This document shows, piece by piece, positions 25,242-34,732 of a DNA stretch of 39,604 nt; positions within the stretch are counted from its first letter, which is position 1; the number at the start of each line of letters is the position of its first letter. Source of the stretch: a virus (Duplodnaviria > Caudoviricetes). Below the pieces are notes generated by a model. The model was not told where the DNA came from. It did not search any database and saw only the letters and a list, made by a program, of their open reading frames with translations. The position numbers were made by a program, and so were the translations under genes. The stretch lies in IMG/VR virus record IMGVR_UViG_3300042339_000036, positions 1 to 39,604 of that record; one strand, 5' to 3'.

Positions 25242-26930
25242 TTACTTCTTCTCAATACCGTAGGTTTCGTACAGAACCGCATCAACTTGCGTTCTGGTTG
25301 GATTTGATACGCCATTGCGTTTAAGCGCTTCGGTTGCACGAGAGCGTTGTGCATCAGTGAACTCTGGTTTGAATTTGGCTTCATCTCCACGAGCACGAGC
25401 CTCGAACCGGCGCATGTTTGAATCTGGCAAGAAGAACGAGCCACTCAATACTTCACCTTCAAGCACCAAGCCATCAAGAACTTTTTGGCGCTCTGCTTGA
25501 TCGAGTTTGCCGCCTTTTTGAACTTGTGCCGCAAACAATGCTTTGTTGGCTTCGGATGTAAACATCCCGGCCTTCTCTTCTTTAAGTCCAAGCTGTTTGG
25601 TTGTGGCTGTAATTTGCTGTTGAACTGTGACAGCTTCTGGCGCTTCGTTTTTTGTGCCAATCGTGCGTTGCAAATTGATAAAGTGATTGCGGTCACCAGG
25701 TGACAGCTTGTCAAAGTATTTGCGCAAGTCAACCTTTGCTGGATCTTTAAAGTCAGGATTCATCATGGCTTCTTGCGTCAGCCTGTAGTAGACATTTGGA
25801 TCTGTCTTGACTTCAGTTCCTTTGGTGCGTGCCTCGACATCAGCTTTGGCTGTGCGTTGCAGGCTGGCCAAATCAGCGCCGTCCATGCTGGCCAACACGC
25901 TTGCAGGGATCTTGCTAAAGTTATTTGTCTCTGCATACGAGCGCCACGCTTTGTCTTTGGCTTCGTTCTGTGCGGCCTGAACAATTCCGGTTCGCTCGTT
26001 TTCAAAAATCTTTAAGCGTTGTACAACCTGGTCTTCTTCTTTGCCGGATAGATTTTCACGAGCCAGCTTCAGAGCACCAGCAATGTTGTTGCCGCTACTG
26101 CCCCAGAATTTTTCTGCCAGGCTTTGTTCTTTGACATCGGCTGTGCCAATCTCAAGCGCTTTCTTTGCACGGCCAAAAGTATCTGGCGTCATTTCGTTGC
26201 CGTAGCGTTGCAAGTAGTCGCGTGCCTGGTCAAGGTTCTGCGCATCGATCTGAGTTTGCACAACCTGGCCATGAATAGCGTTGGTCGCTTTTAAAAGCAA
26301 CTGCTCACGCTGTGCGCTCTTTGGCTCGTAGCCAAGTTTGTCGGCCAGCTTGTTGGCGCCATCTTTTGCCGCGCCGTAGTAAATTGCAAAGTCGCCGTCC
26401 GGACTGCGCCAGCCAGCAGAGTAGCGAATTGCGTCATTGACAAATGTGTCAACTTGGGCGCCACTTTCTTTGACATCGTAGTCGCGCTGTTCAACAAGCG
26501 AATGCTTGATGATTGAACTGTTGGCACTACGCAAGCGCACATTGGCAGAGTTGCGCAACATGATGCGCTGGACATCATTCTGTGCTTTGTCTGCAACATC
26601 TCTAAATGCGGCGTCAAGGTCACCGCGTGTCTTCATTGCGTTGTCGACAGCGTCTCTACCTTTGAGTGTCAGGTATCTGGTTTCAATTTCGTCAGCGGTA
26701 GTCGCGAAGTTGTTGTAGAGTTCTTTGACCTGCGCATCATCAAGTTCGCCTTGCAAGCGGTCTGCAATTTTGACTACAGTAAGGCCAGCAGACTGAACTG
26801 CCTGGCCAGCTTTTTGTATTTGCTCGCCAGTGAAATTGCGCATTGGCTCTACACCAGGAGCCTGGAATGCAGGCATGTTGCCTACGCTGGCGTCTTGAGT
26901 CGGTAAATCGTAAATGGGTACTGTTGCCAT
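25242..26930 (-). CDS. Internal virion (ejection) protein, T7 gp15-equivalent position
   Basis: MATVPIYD start; helical A/Q/K-rich composition; gene order. Confidence 0.7.
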   Translation of the reverse strand: MATVPIYDLPTQDASVGNMPAFQAPGVEPMRNFTGEQIQKAGQAVQSAGLTVVKIADRLQGELDDAQVKELYNNFATTADEIETRYLTLKGRDAVDNAMKTRGDLDAAFRDVADKAQNDVQRIMLRNSANVRLRSANSSIIKHSLVEQRDYDVKESGAQVDTFVNDAIRYSAGWRSPDGDFAIYYGAAKDGANKLADKLGYEPKSAQREQLLLKATNAIHGQVVQTQIDAQNLDQARDYLQRYGNEMTPDTFGRAKKALEIGTADVKEQSLAEKFWGSSGNNIAGALKLARENLSGKEEDQVVQRLKIFENERTGIVQAAQNEAKDKAWRSYAETNNFSKIPASVLASMDGADLASLQRTAKADVEARTKGTEVKTDPNVYYRLTQEAMMNPDFKDPAKVDLRKYFDKLSPGDRNHFINLQRTIGTKNEAPEAVTVQQQITATTKQLGLKEEKAGMFTSEANKALFAAQVQKGGKLDQAERQKVLDGLVLEGEVLSGSFFLPDSNMRRFEARARGDEAKFKPEFTDAQRSRATEALKRNGVSNPTRTQVDAVLYETYGIEKK

Positions 26931-26939
26931 GGTCGGTCC

Positions 26940-27551
26940 TTATTCGAGGCCAAGACGGCTTGCTATGGCCGCAAGTTTGCGATCTTGGTACCAGGCATTG
27001 GCTACAGATCCAGCGCTACCTAGAATGCTTGTGCCAGCCGCTAGGAACGGGCTGATGGTTGAAGCAGAGCCTGCCAAGTTGGAAGCAGAAACATCCTGCA
27101 TTGTTGATGCGGTCAAATAGTTCTGGCGTTGCTGTCGAGCAGACTCGGCACTGCGTACGGTGTCTGCGTTGACCGTCAGCATATCGATCTCTTTCATGAG
27201 GTCCGTTGTTGCAATCGTCTCAACAGCACTGCCGACACCCAGGTCAATGCCTCGAGCGGCCATCGATGCACGCTGTGAACTCTTGATCTTGCCAGCACGC
27301 AAGCCAATCTGGCCTTGTCTTTGTTGGCCAGCACGCATGATCTGCTGGGCTGTAAATTCAGCCTGGGCCGCATTTAGTTCTGAGATGTCGGACTGGAATC
27401 GCATCGAGGATGCTTGTGAATCCAGTTGCGCCTTCTGGCTTTGGGCGGCGTAGTAGGAGCCAATTGCGCCAGTGACTGCTCCACCAATAGAAAAGATGGA
27501 GCCGAACTGGCTCATTGCCTGCGTCCCGGTTCCGGTCAATAAGGTTGCCAT
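26940..27551 (-). CDS. Internal virion (ejection) protein, T7 gp14-like
   Basis: Hydrophobic G/A/S-rich ends; QRASMAARGIDLGVGSA motif; AGGAG RBS. Confidence 0.75.
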   Translation of the reverse strand: MATLLTGTGTQAMSQFGSIFSIGGAVTGAIGSYYAAQSQKAQLDSQASSMRFQSDISELNAAQAEFTAQQIMRAGQQRQGQIGLRAGKIKSSQRASMAARGIDLGVGSAVETIATTDLMKEIDMLTVNADTVRSAESARQQRQNYLTASTMQDVSASNLAGSASTISPFLAAGTSILGSAGSVANAWYQDRKLAAIASRLGLE

Positions 27552-27631
27552 GTGTCAAATCTCCTGTTTCACCTGGGCTTGAAGGACTGTGTTGACCTTA
27601 CCTCCACAGCACCAGGTTATTGCATGGTTGA

Positions 27632-27664
27632 ACAGTATCCGGGTCACCGGATCTTACGGGTACC
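27632..27664 (-). promoter_or_regulatory. Putative late promoter (ejection protein genes)
   Basis: GGTACCCGTA-N17-TACTGT. Confidence 0.72.
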
Positions 27665-27665
27665 T

Positions 27666-29993
27666 TTACCCACCGACAGCAACCTCAAGGGTCATGCCAA
27701 CGATGGTCAATGGCAATGGGTCAGACTGCCTGACATACACCTGGCCACTATCAAGCCATGTCGGTGTCAGCATAATCTGGATCTCTTCTGTTTTAAGCGC
27801 AGGAGGCGAGCCGTATGGTTCTGTCGTCCGTTGCTTGGCCTCGACCAAGTTTTGTGGGTTTGGACCAATGAAAATGCCGGAGGACTGGTACACGCGGAGC
27901 CAGGCTTTGTTGACATTCTTGTAGCGTCCTTGGCCCATGCCATTGTCAATGCCCATGGCCAGTGGCAGGCTTTGCAGGTCAGACTGGTATGGCAGGCCAA
28001 TGTGAATGATGCTCGAAGCCCGGTCGAGCGTAATTGCTCCACTGGTCACAACCTCTTGCGGTTGCACCGATCCATCAGCCAGGATCGAGACGGTCTTGCC
28101 CTCAAGCCAGGTCAGGCCGCTGATCGTATTGCGTGCAAACGAATACAGGGCCGTAGCGGTGTTTCTAAGCGCGGCGGGTAGTGTCACATCAACTCGAGCC
28201 GTTGCGACCGTTGTGGAGGTCGTGGAACGGATTGTGAGGCGATACTTGTTGCCAGCCGAGTCGGTCAGCACAATGGCGTCATTGACATCCCCAGTGCCCG
28301 GGTAAGTAAAGATGGCTGTCGATGCTGTGATTGTCAAGACATCTGCCGGACCCCAGGTCGTACCCCCACTGACTGTGACGGTCGTTGCCGAAGTGTTGGT
28401 GCCGTCATAGGTGGCGCCCGAGTCAACAAAGAATGCGCCCTCGATCGATTCAAAGTGACGGCTTGCCATGCGCTCGACATATCGCTTTGTGACTCCGCCA
28501 ATGGTGCGCTTGACGACAACATACAGCCGATCCTCATTGCCCTCGGCCACCACTGTGCAAGACTCAAATGTGCCATCGGTATCGTGCTTGTGCCATGCGC
28601 CGACCTGTTGCTCTGGTGTATAGGTTAAGCCAAGCAACATGCCTGAAGTCGACACAAACCAAACCATCTGGATCGGAGCCTTGGCAAATGCCATGTCGTT
28701 GATCTCATAGTTGTCAAATAGGTTTGCAGAGCGGATGGACAAATCATTGGTGATAAAGCCGCTGGCCTGCCAGTTGTAGCCCAGTTCGCGCACATGGCCA
28801 CCGCGTGCGCCGCAGTAGACCAAGGCGTTGTTGATGATCACCGGTTGAACATTCGATGCGCCGATGTACGACTGTGGCCGAACAGAGATTGTGGTCGGCG
28901 TGATCTCGTCACTGTTTAATGATGACACGCGCCACTCAGCAGACCCGGTCAACAAAAGCAACTGGGTTAGCGGGACAATGTGGCGAATGGTGTTGGCTTC
29001 GCGAGCGGCCACACGGAACTCAATGCGGTCGTCGTCACGAATAGGTAGGCCATAACTGAGATTGGACTCAGTGCCTGACTTGGTCATCCAGATTTTTTGT
29101 GGCTCGTTGATGGTGCCAGCAAAACAGCGACGCTGTTCGAAGTACGAAACGGCGCCAGGGTAGTTGCCTGAACTGACGAACTCGTTGTCGTATATGGGTG
29201 GAGTAAGCGACAGATCTGGCGCGATGTTGTTGTCAACGATGCTCGTTCCGGTTGTGCTTCCAATGTAACCATACAGACCCCCCAACAGTTTGTAGACGCG
29301 ATAACGCGATGCGCCAGTCACTGCGGACCAGGCAATCGTGTTGGTTGCGCCAGTAACAAAAATGTTGTTGGTGACTGATGCCACGCTGGATGAGACGGAC
29401 TCGCCAATCTCATCGGATGTGATGGCAGTCACGACATAACTCATCGTCTCGTATGTGTCTGCGTTGGTTGAGGATGACGCAGGAATGTACCGGGTGGCAG
29501 TCACGCCAGTGGGCGCGGCAATCGGCGATCCAAAGTTGATGGTGGTAAGCGTCCAGTTGGTGGCGCCCAATCGTTTGAGTTCACGCGGCGCATAGTTGGG
29601 ATGCACCAGCGTCATCACATCAGCCGACTGCACATAGTGGATGTCAAACAGATCTGCTTCTGCGTATGGGTTGGCAATCTCGTATGGCACGCCACCAGAC
29701 AGCAGTGTGCCGCCTTGTGTGTGAAAGCGAATGAAGCCTGGGCTTAACTCGATCACCATGGTTTGCGTGGTCGAGTATGTGAACGGGATAAGCCTGGTGC
29801 GCTTGGTACTGTCTTTGACCTCGCGGACAAATGCAAAGCCTGCGCGGTTTTCTGCTGGGCCTTGTGGCGTAGCAATGAAGTTTTTCATCGTTGCCGCGCC
29901 GGTCTGGTACTTCACATCATCGATGCGACCAAACATCTCTGGCGACATCTCGCCGCCAGCAAAGGATCGTTGTAGTGTGCGCACATTAGGCAT
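27666..29993 (-). CDS. Tail nozzle / tail tubular protein B-like
   Basis: QRSFAGGEMSPEMFGRID..QSADVMTLVHP..YPGAVSYFEQR..QSDPLPLTI; size and gene order. Confidence 0.85.
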   Translation of the reverse strand: MPNVRTLQRSFAGGEMSPEMFGRIDDVKYQTGAATMKNFIATPQGPAENRAGFAFVREVKDSTKRTRLIPFTYSTTQTMVIELSPGFIRFHTQGGTLLSGGVPYEIANPYAEADLFDIHYVQSADVMTLVHPNYAPRELKRLGATNWTLTTINFGSPIAAPTGVTATRYIPASSSTNADTYETMSYVVTAITSDEIGESVSSSVASVTNNIFVTGATNTIAWSAVTGASRYRVYKLLGGLYGYIGSTTGTSIVDNNIAPDLSLTPPIYDNEFVSSGNYPGAVSYFEQRRCFAGTINEPQKIWMTKSGTESNLSYGLPIRDDDRIEFRVAAREANTIRHIVPLTQLLLLTGSAEWRVSSLNSDEITPTTISVRPQSYIGASNVQPVIINNALVYCGARGGHVRELGYNWQASGFITNDLSIRSANLFDNYEINDMAFAKAPIQMVWFVSTSGMLLGLTYTPEQQVGAWHKHDTDGTFESCTVVAEGNEDRLYVVVKRTIGGVTKRYVERMASRHFESIEGAFFVDSGATYDGTNTSATTVTVSGGTTWGPADVLTITASTAIFTYPGTGDVNDAIVLTDSAGNKYRLTIRSTTSTTVATARVDVTLPAALRNTATALYSFARNTISGLTWLEGKTVSILADGSVQPQEVVTSGAITLDRASSIIHIGLPYQSDLQSLPLAMGIDNGMGQGRYKNVNKAWLRVYQSSGIFIGPNPQNLVEAKQRTTEPYGSPPALKTEEIQIMLTPTWLDSGQVYVRQSDPLPLTIVGMTLEVAVGG

Positions 29994-29995
29994 GT

Positions 29996-30676
29996 TTATC
30001 TCCCCGCAATCCAGGACACGATGTGCTCTGGCTTGATCTGGCGCTCATTGGAATCAGACTCCATTGCTTTGCCAAGGTACAAGTTCATCATGGTGATGCA
30101 TCGCTTGGCTTCTGCGGCGCCCTGGTCACCCTTAATCACTGGTCCTGCAAGCATTGATGCAAGGTGCCATGACAGGGTATTGGTAAACAATGCAGAGTAT
30201 TTTGTTGGGTCAGTTACGCGTGCGGCGTAGCGTATGACTGCTTGATTTTGATTGGTCAGGACAATCTGCGATCCATCAAATGCAGTCTCGACTGCGAACT
30301 TCTGCGGGACATATTGGCCAGCGGCCACAGACGGTGAGTAGTTGGTGTAAAAGTCCGGATAAGTTTCCGGAGTGAAGTTGGTGCTGTAGTCGTCTCGTGC
30401 TTCAGGCGGTAGCACTGCAATGATGTGCATTGCATCACTAGGCGTTGCGTATGCGTACTGCCACATTGGCCAAGTGTTTTCAACTTCGGCGCCGTATGCT
30501 CGTTTGGTTGCGAAAGCCCAACTGTGCATCTCGAGCAAGGTGTCTCGAGCGATTGGGAAGAAGCGTTGGCAATGTTCTGCCTGCGCAGATCCTTCTGGTG
30601 GATCGATGCTTGCGATGGTGGCGTTGTCGCCCAGGTGCGCCAGCGCAAGGTTACAGATGTCGACAACTGATGCCAT
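29996..30676 (-). CDS. Tail adaptor / tail tubular protein A-like
   Basis: MASVVDICNLALAHLG..RDTLLEMHSWAFA..WQYAYATPSD. Confidence 0.85.
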   Translation of the reverse strand: MASVVDICNLALAHLGDNATIASIDPPEGSAQAEHCQRFFPIARDTLLEMHSWAFATKRAYGAEVENTWPMWQYAYATPSDAMHIIAVLPPEARDDYSTNFTPETYPDFYTNYSPSVAAGQYVPQKFAVETAFDGSQIVLTNQNQAVIRYAARVTDPTKYSALFTNTLSWHLASMLAGPVIKGDQGAAEAKRCITMMNLYLGKAMESDSNERQIKPEHIVSWIAGR

Positions 30677-30693
30677 GATGGCCTCCTAAATGT

Positions 30694-30725
30694 AAAAAGG
30701 GGACCGTGGTTTCCCAGCGGCCCCC
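30694..30725 (-). terminator. Rho-independent terminator after the capsid genes
   Basis: GGGGGCCG-c-TGG-gaaa-CCA-CGGTCCCC followed by TTTTT on the minus strand. Confidence 0.8.
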
Positions 30726-30754
30726 CGTGACTTACGGCTTCCAATTAGGAAGGA

Positions 30755-30952
30755 TTACACGGAGCCTTCATCAGCGCCGCGCTTGGCTTTAGGTGCCCAC
30801 TTCTTTGCAGAAGTTTCTACCTTGGCCTCATTGCCTTCATCATCGATGGGGACCAAAGCAGAGCCAGCAGGACCATCATAGTCGACGATCTCGCCTTCAT
30901 TGCGTAGGCCATTGTTGATAAAGCAAGGTGCGGTGACGCGGTATTTAGGCAT
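30755..30952 (-). CDS. Small head-region protein
   Basis: AAGGAG RBS; MPKYRVTAPCFINNGLRNEGEIVDYDG. Confidence 0.75.
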   Translation of the reverse strand: MPKYRVTAPCFINNGLRNEGEIVDYDGPAGSALVPIDDEGNEAKVETSAKKWAPKAKRGADEGSV

Positions 30953-30967
30953 GTGTAATTCTCCTTA

Positions 30968-31402
30968 TTAGACTACGGCAAAGCCAGATGCATAGAACTT
31001 CTTGCCGTCCTGAACATCCATAACGATGTCTGCAACAACCTTGCCAGCAGTGTTAGTGCCAGACACGGTGTAGCGGGCGCCCAAGTAACGCTTACCAAGC
31101 GATGCGATTTGCGGGTTCAGACGCACGGCAACATTAGTGCCAAGAGTCAAACTAGCAGTCACGATCGCGCCGGAAGCGCCAATCACCACGACATTGCTCG
31201 ACAGAGCGGCATTGTCAGCGATGATGATTTCGAAGTTGGTAGAAGTACCACCAGCGAAAGCCTCAGTCATTGCGAAGTTCATGTAAAGGTCGCCACCTTC
31301 GCCCATGTCGCGAGCAACAGACAAGTCGACAGTATCGGTCGACACGGCAGTTGTGGTCACGGCTTGGTCAGTAGAGACGCGGAGCAGTTTATCGGTAATC
31401 AT
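30968..31402 (-). CDS. Capsid cement/decoration protein (BPP-1 Bbp16-like)
   Basis: MITDKLLRVSTDQAVTTTAVSTDTVDL..RYLGARYTVSGT; follows the major capsid gene. Confidence 0.82.
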   Translation of the reverse strand: MITDKLLRVSTDQAVTTTAVSTDTVDLSVARDMGEGGDLYMNFAMTEAFAGGTSTNFEIIIADNAALSSNVVVIGASGAIVTASLTLGTNVAVRLNPQIASLGKRYLGARYTVSGTNTAGKVVADIVMDVQDGKKFYASGFAVV

Positions 31403-31433
31403 GATGTGTTCCTTTCAGAGTTAAGTTGATCAA

Positions 31434-32453
31434 TTAAGAAATGGCCGCTTCGGTGTTGAGCAATGAGTCAACACAACGGAGCGGAACGCCAAGGAACGAC
31501 AGCCAAGAATAAGGCATACCGAATTGGCTCAAGCCTTCGTTGATCTTCAGAACATATTGGCTCTTGTCCAGGGCCGCAATTGCCAAACCGGAATGCACAG
31601 TGCGGTTCATGTAGAACGCGCCACGGCCCATTGCCATGTTAGGAATACGGTACAAAGAACGAGCCATCAACTTGATGATCGCGGTTGCGGCGGTAGAAGC
31701 CTGCGTGCCAGTTTGGGCCATTAGGTCAGACACATCGATGTTTGCGATGCGCACAACATAGCGCCAATCTTTAACGACAAGACCATTCTTCCACTGGTAG
31801 CGAGTTGCCAAAGCCTGCATGCGAGTGCCGTCACTGTTGTAAACGGTTTGCTCGCCGAGGTCTTCGTGAACCAAGCCAGCCTTCGAACCTTTAGGGAACG
31901 GGCAGTACACAGTGTTGTCACCCCACACGACCAAATAGACCGATGTGTTATCAGAACCAGAGCCACCGGCCTTCAGAATGTTCTGACCGTTGGCGGCAGT
32001 GCTGTCGCTGTAGCGAGCGGCAAGGCCGAGGAACTGCTTGGGATCAACACCAGGGTTGCCGTAGAACAAAGTCGTGGCTTGAGTCTGGTTCATTGCTTCC
32101 AGGAAAGCCTGGTCTTCAGACAGGCGGAATTGAGCGGTGTTACCGTTCAACATTGCCAAGTCTTTGTCGATTTCAGAACGGGCTTCCAAAATACCGCAAG
32201 CCTCGTCAACTTGTGCAGTTGTCGATTTGCTGTTTGGAATACCTTGGTTCAGAGCACGCCAGTAAACAGTTGGCAAGCCAGTACGGATTACGACGCGTTC
32301 GCCGGTAGGCAGGTTGCCTTCCTTGAACACGCAGTCTTCCAAGATTTCGTTGCTCTGCGAAAGCAGTTCTGCAACGATGGGAACTCGACCGTCCGGGTCG
32401 ACGCGTTTGGCCCAATCGGCCAGGGTGAGAGAGTTGTTCGACAAAGTAGCCAT
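31434..32453 (-). CDS. Major capsid protein (BPP-1 Bbp17-like, HK97 fold)
   Basis: LTLADWAKR..ELLSQSNEILED..RTGLP..WRALNQG..GLVVKDWRYVVRIANID..FLGVPLRCVD. Confidence 0.92.
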   Translation of the reverse strand: MATLSNNSLTLADWAKRVDPDGRVPIVAELLSQSNEILEDCVFKEGNLPTGERVVIRTGLPTVYWRALNQGIPNSKSTTAQVDEACGILEARSEIDKDLAMLNGNTAQFRLSEDQAFLEAMNQTQATTLFYGNPGVDPKQFLGLAARYSDSTAANGQNILKAGGSGSDNTSVYLVVWGDNTVYCPFPKGSKAGLVHEDLGEQTVYNSDGTRMQALATRYQWKNGLVVKDWRYVVRIANIDVSDLMAQTGTQASTAATAIIKLMARSLYRIPNMAMGRGAFYMNRTVHSGLAIAALDKSQYVLKINEGLSQFGMPYSWLSFLGVPLRCVDSLLNTEAAIS

Positions 32454-32466
32454 GATGGACTCCTAT

Positions 32467-33147
32467 TTAAGATTGCTGATTTGAATAAAGCGCTGATGCT
32501 AAATCGTTGAAACCCTTGGGGCCAGATTTCTGACCACCTCGAGTGCCGCCAACAAAGCGATCCTCACTGATTGCTTTGCCTGCCCTGTACATCATGCGGA
32601 TCATTTCCGGATGATTGCCCAGGCCAGACTCGTTTAACAACTTGCGCAATTCTGGCGTACCAAAAGAGTCGAGTGCTTTCTTCGCCACAACCAGGTTATC
32701 GTTGAGTTTGTCACCCCCGAATTCCTTGTCGGTGCGAGCAGATTCGGCCCATTCATTACGAGCAGTTTCAAGTGCTTGCATCTGACGCTCCAAGATTTTT
32801 GGTGCGACTTTGTCCAGCACTTTCTGCGCGGCGTCTTGCGGCAAATCCAATTCCTTGGCGATTTCCGAGAATGATTTAATCACCTCGGGGTCGAACTCTC
32901 GGCCTTCTCCTGCGTTGAATTCGTACGCTTCCGGTGCTTTGGCCGTGGCCTTGACACCGTTCTGATCACCTTCGGTATTGCCAGTCTTCTGGCCGTCCTG
33001 GCCAGTCTGCTGGTTTTGCGTACCGTCAGCCTGTTGCTGTGATGCCTGTTGCTCACCCCCCGTCGGTTGTGTGCTCGAGGCGTCTTGCGATGCGGGCGTG
33101 CCTTCAGTGGTCGTTGTGGCTTGATCCGTCATCAGCGATTCTGTCAT
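32467..33147 (-). CDS. Capsid scaffolding protein
   Basis: Low-complexity N-terminus; APEAYEF..DKEFGGD..GLGNHPEMIR..ISED; directly upstream of the capsid gene. Confidence 0.82.
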   Translation of the reverse strand: MTESLMTDQATTTTEGTPASQDASSTQPTGGEQQASQQQADGTQNQQTGQDGQKTGNTEGDQNGVKATAKAPEAYEFNAGEGREFDPEVIKSFSEIAKELDLPQDAAQKVLDKVAPKILERQMQALETARNEWAESARTDKEFGGDKLNDNLVVAKKALDSFGTPELRKLLNESGLGNHPEMIRMMYRAGKAISEDRFVGGTRGGQKSGPKGFNDLASALYSNQQS

Positions 33148-33454
33148 TGGATTGCTCCTTTACCATTTGTGGATATAACTCAGGACATAGAGAGTGAATC
33201 ATCGCTAGCATGCGATTGCCGAAGTTCCTGTTACCTTCTGCAAATGCCATTTGCATCGAGTTGGTATTGAACGACAGCCGGAACACACCGGATTGATCCA
33301 TAAGACGCCACACTACGCGACGCCCCCTCTTACTACCCATGAGCCACTTGATATCTGCCTCTTCGTTATCGCGGGCTAGTTTTTCGCGCATATCTTTGTC
33401 GGACTTTGCACGCTCTTGCCCACGGATATCGATCGGGTCGAATTCTTTGCTCAT
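33104..33454 (-). CDS. Bbp19-like head-region protein, probably leaderless
   Basis: DIKWLMGSKRGRRVVWRL..MAFAEGNRNFG; ATG lies 6 nt after the -10 box. Confidence 0.78.
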   Translation of the reverse strand: MSKEFDPIDIRGQERAKSDKDMREKLARDNEEADIKWLMGSKRGRRVVWRLMDQSGVFRLSFNTNSMQMAFAEGNRNFGNRMLAMIHSLCPELYPQMVKEQSNDRIADDGSSHNDH

Positions 33455-33460
33455 GGCGCC

Positions 33461-33493
33461 AATCTAACGACTGCACATTTGGATACGGGTACC
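33461..33493 (-). promoter_or_regulatory. Putative late promoter (scaffold and capsid genes)
   Basis: GGTACCCGTA-N17-TAGATT. Confidence 0.75.
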
Positions 33494-33494
33494 G

Positions 33495-34061
33495 TCATGC
33501 CGCCACTTCATTCACCGTGACGATTACAGATGGGGTTATTGGCCTGGTTGGGCTAGTTCCTGCGGGGTCGTAATGAAGGCGAACGCGGACATCAGGCGTA
33601 TTCCACATGATTTGAAAGTAGTCCCCAGCGTTGGCTTGCCCAAAGAAGTTCCATGCCGCAACTGTTTTTGACGCATTTGCATTGCCGCTGATTGTGACTT
33701 TGGTGTTTGAGTCAGGAAGATCTACGCCATTCTTGCGGAACCATATATCCACAATATCATTGCCTGAGTTTGTCCTATCCAGTTGGGTTGAAAACTGAAT
33801 GTTGTAAATTGCCGCACGATCAACTGTGATTTTGGAGCCATCAACAACAGATATGCCACGAGACAAATCAGTTTCACCAAGCGTCATTGCATAGGCTGTA
33901 TTTGGCAGTGCGGCCACTTGCGTTGCGTTGTCATGGAAAAGGCCGACACGCGGTATGCGCTGAAAATAGAATTCAGACCCATCAGGATCTTTGACCCCAA
34001 CAATGTCTCCGGTCGTCTCGTCGTATAGCCAGGGAGCGCCCTGGTACCTTTGGCGTGCCAT
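33495..34061 (-). CDS. Beta-rich (C1q/TNF-like) putative virion decoration protein
   Basis: IYNIQFSTQL..IWFRKNGVD..VAAWNFF..GDYFQIMW..PSVIVTV. Confidence 0.6.
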   Translation of the reverse strand: MARQRYQGAPWLYDETTGDIVGVKDPDGSEFYFQRIPRVGLFHDNATQVAALPNTAYAMTLGETDLSRGISVVDGSKITVDRAAIYNIQFSTQLDRTNSGNDIVDIWFRKNGVDLPDSNTKVTISGNANASKTVAAWNFFGQANAGDYFQIMWNTPDVRVRLHYDPAGTSPTRPITPSVIVTVNEVAA

Positions 34062-34228
34062 TATTTCTTCTCCTTGTCTTTGCCGTACAGCTTCTCAGCC
34101 GCAGACTCCTTGAAGTCTTTTTTGGTAGGCGCACCTTCTTCGCCAGGCTTGCGCATGCGCTCACCTGAACCAGACTCGATCCGCTTACGCTTGGCGTGGA
34201 TGTTGGCCCAAAGTCCTGGTCCTGGCAT
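34061..34228 (-). CDS. 55-aa basic protein MPGPGLWANIHAKRKRIESGSGERMRKPG...SAAEKLYGKDKEKK (not in ORF track)
   Basis: Tiles exactly between neighbours; stop overlaps the next ATG (TAATG). Confidence 0.75.
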   Translation of the reverse strand: MPGPGLWANIHAKRKRIESGSGERMRKPGEEGAPTKKDFKESAAEKLYGKDKEKK

Positions 34229-34230
34229 AG

Positions 34231-34392
34231 TCAGCCTTTCTTCTTTTCTTTGTCCTTGGCCGGGTACATTTTGTCGGCCATCTGTGAAAACTCACGGCCA
34301 ACAGACTGAGGCACCCCGGCCTTCTTTGCAAACTCGGGGTTGTTGGCCACGGCCCGCATGAACCGGGCCTGCTTCTCAGTCTTGGCTGGCAT
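34231..34392 (-). CDS. 53-aa basic protein MPAKTEKQARFMRAVANNPEFAKKAGVPQSVGREFSQMADKMYPAKDKEKKKG (not in ORF track)
   Basis: GGAG RBS; 2-nt gaps to both neighbours. Confidence 0.75.
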   Translation of the reverse strand: MPAKTEKQARFMRAVANNPEFAKKAGVPQSVGREFSQMADKMYPAKDKEKKKG

Positions 34393-34394
34393 GG

Positions 34395-34721
34395 TTACTC
34401 ACCAGAACCGTAGAGCATGGTCGACGCATCAGCATTACGCTGTTGCTGGTTGCCTTGGATCTCCATGTCGGTGATCTGCAACTCGATGCCTATGTCTTCG
34501 CCTTCGCCTTGAGTCTCGTACGCACGAGTCATCTTGACATAGGCCTTGGCCATGATGGACATCTCAGTGCCGACTTTTGGCAGTGCGGTGATGCCTAGCT
34601 TCTCGAGTTCGTCTTTGCCCAGGGTGATGCATAGGCCATACGGGTAACGCGGCTCGTCTGCTTCGTATTCACCTGGCATCTCTTCGCGCTCGGCGGGTTT
34701 CTGCATGTTGATCATTGGCAT
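34395..34721 (-). CDS. Capsid staple / minor head protein-like
   Basis: YPYGLCITL..LEKLGI..P.VG..ELQITDM; directly follows the portal gene. Confidence 0.7.
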   Translation of the reverse strand: MPMINMQKPAEREEMPGEYEADEPRYPYGLCITLGKDELEKLGITALPKVGTEMSIMAKAYVKMTRAYETQGEGEDIGIELQITDMEIQGNQQQRNADASTMLYGSGE

Positions 34722-34732
34722 GGCTATTCCTT

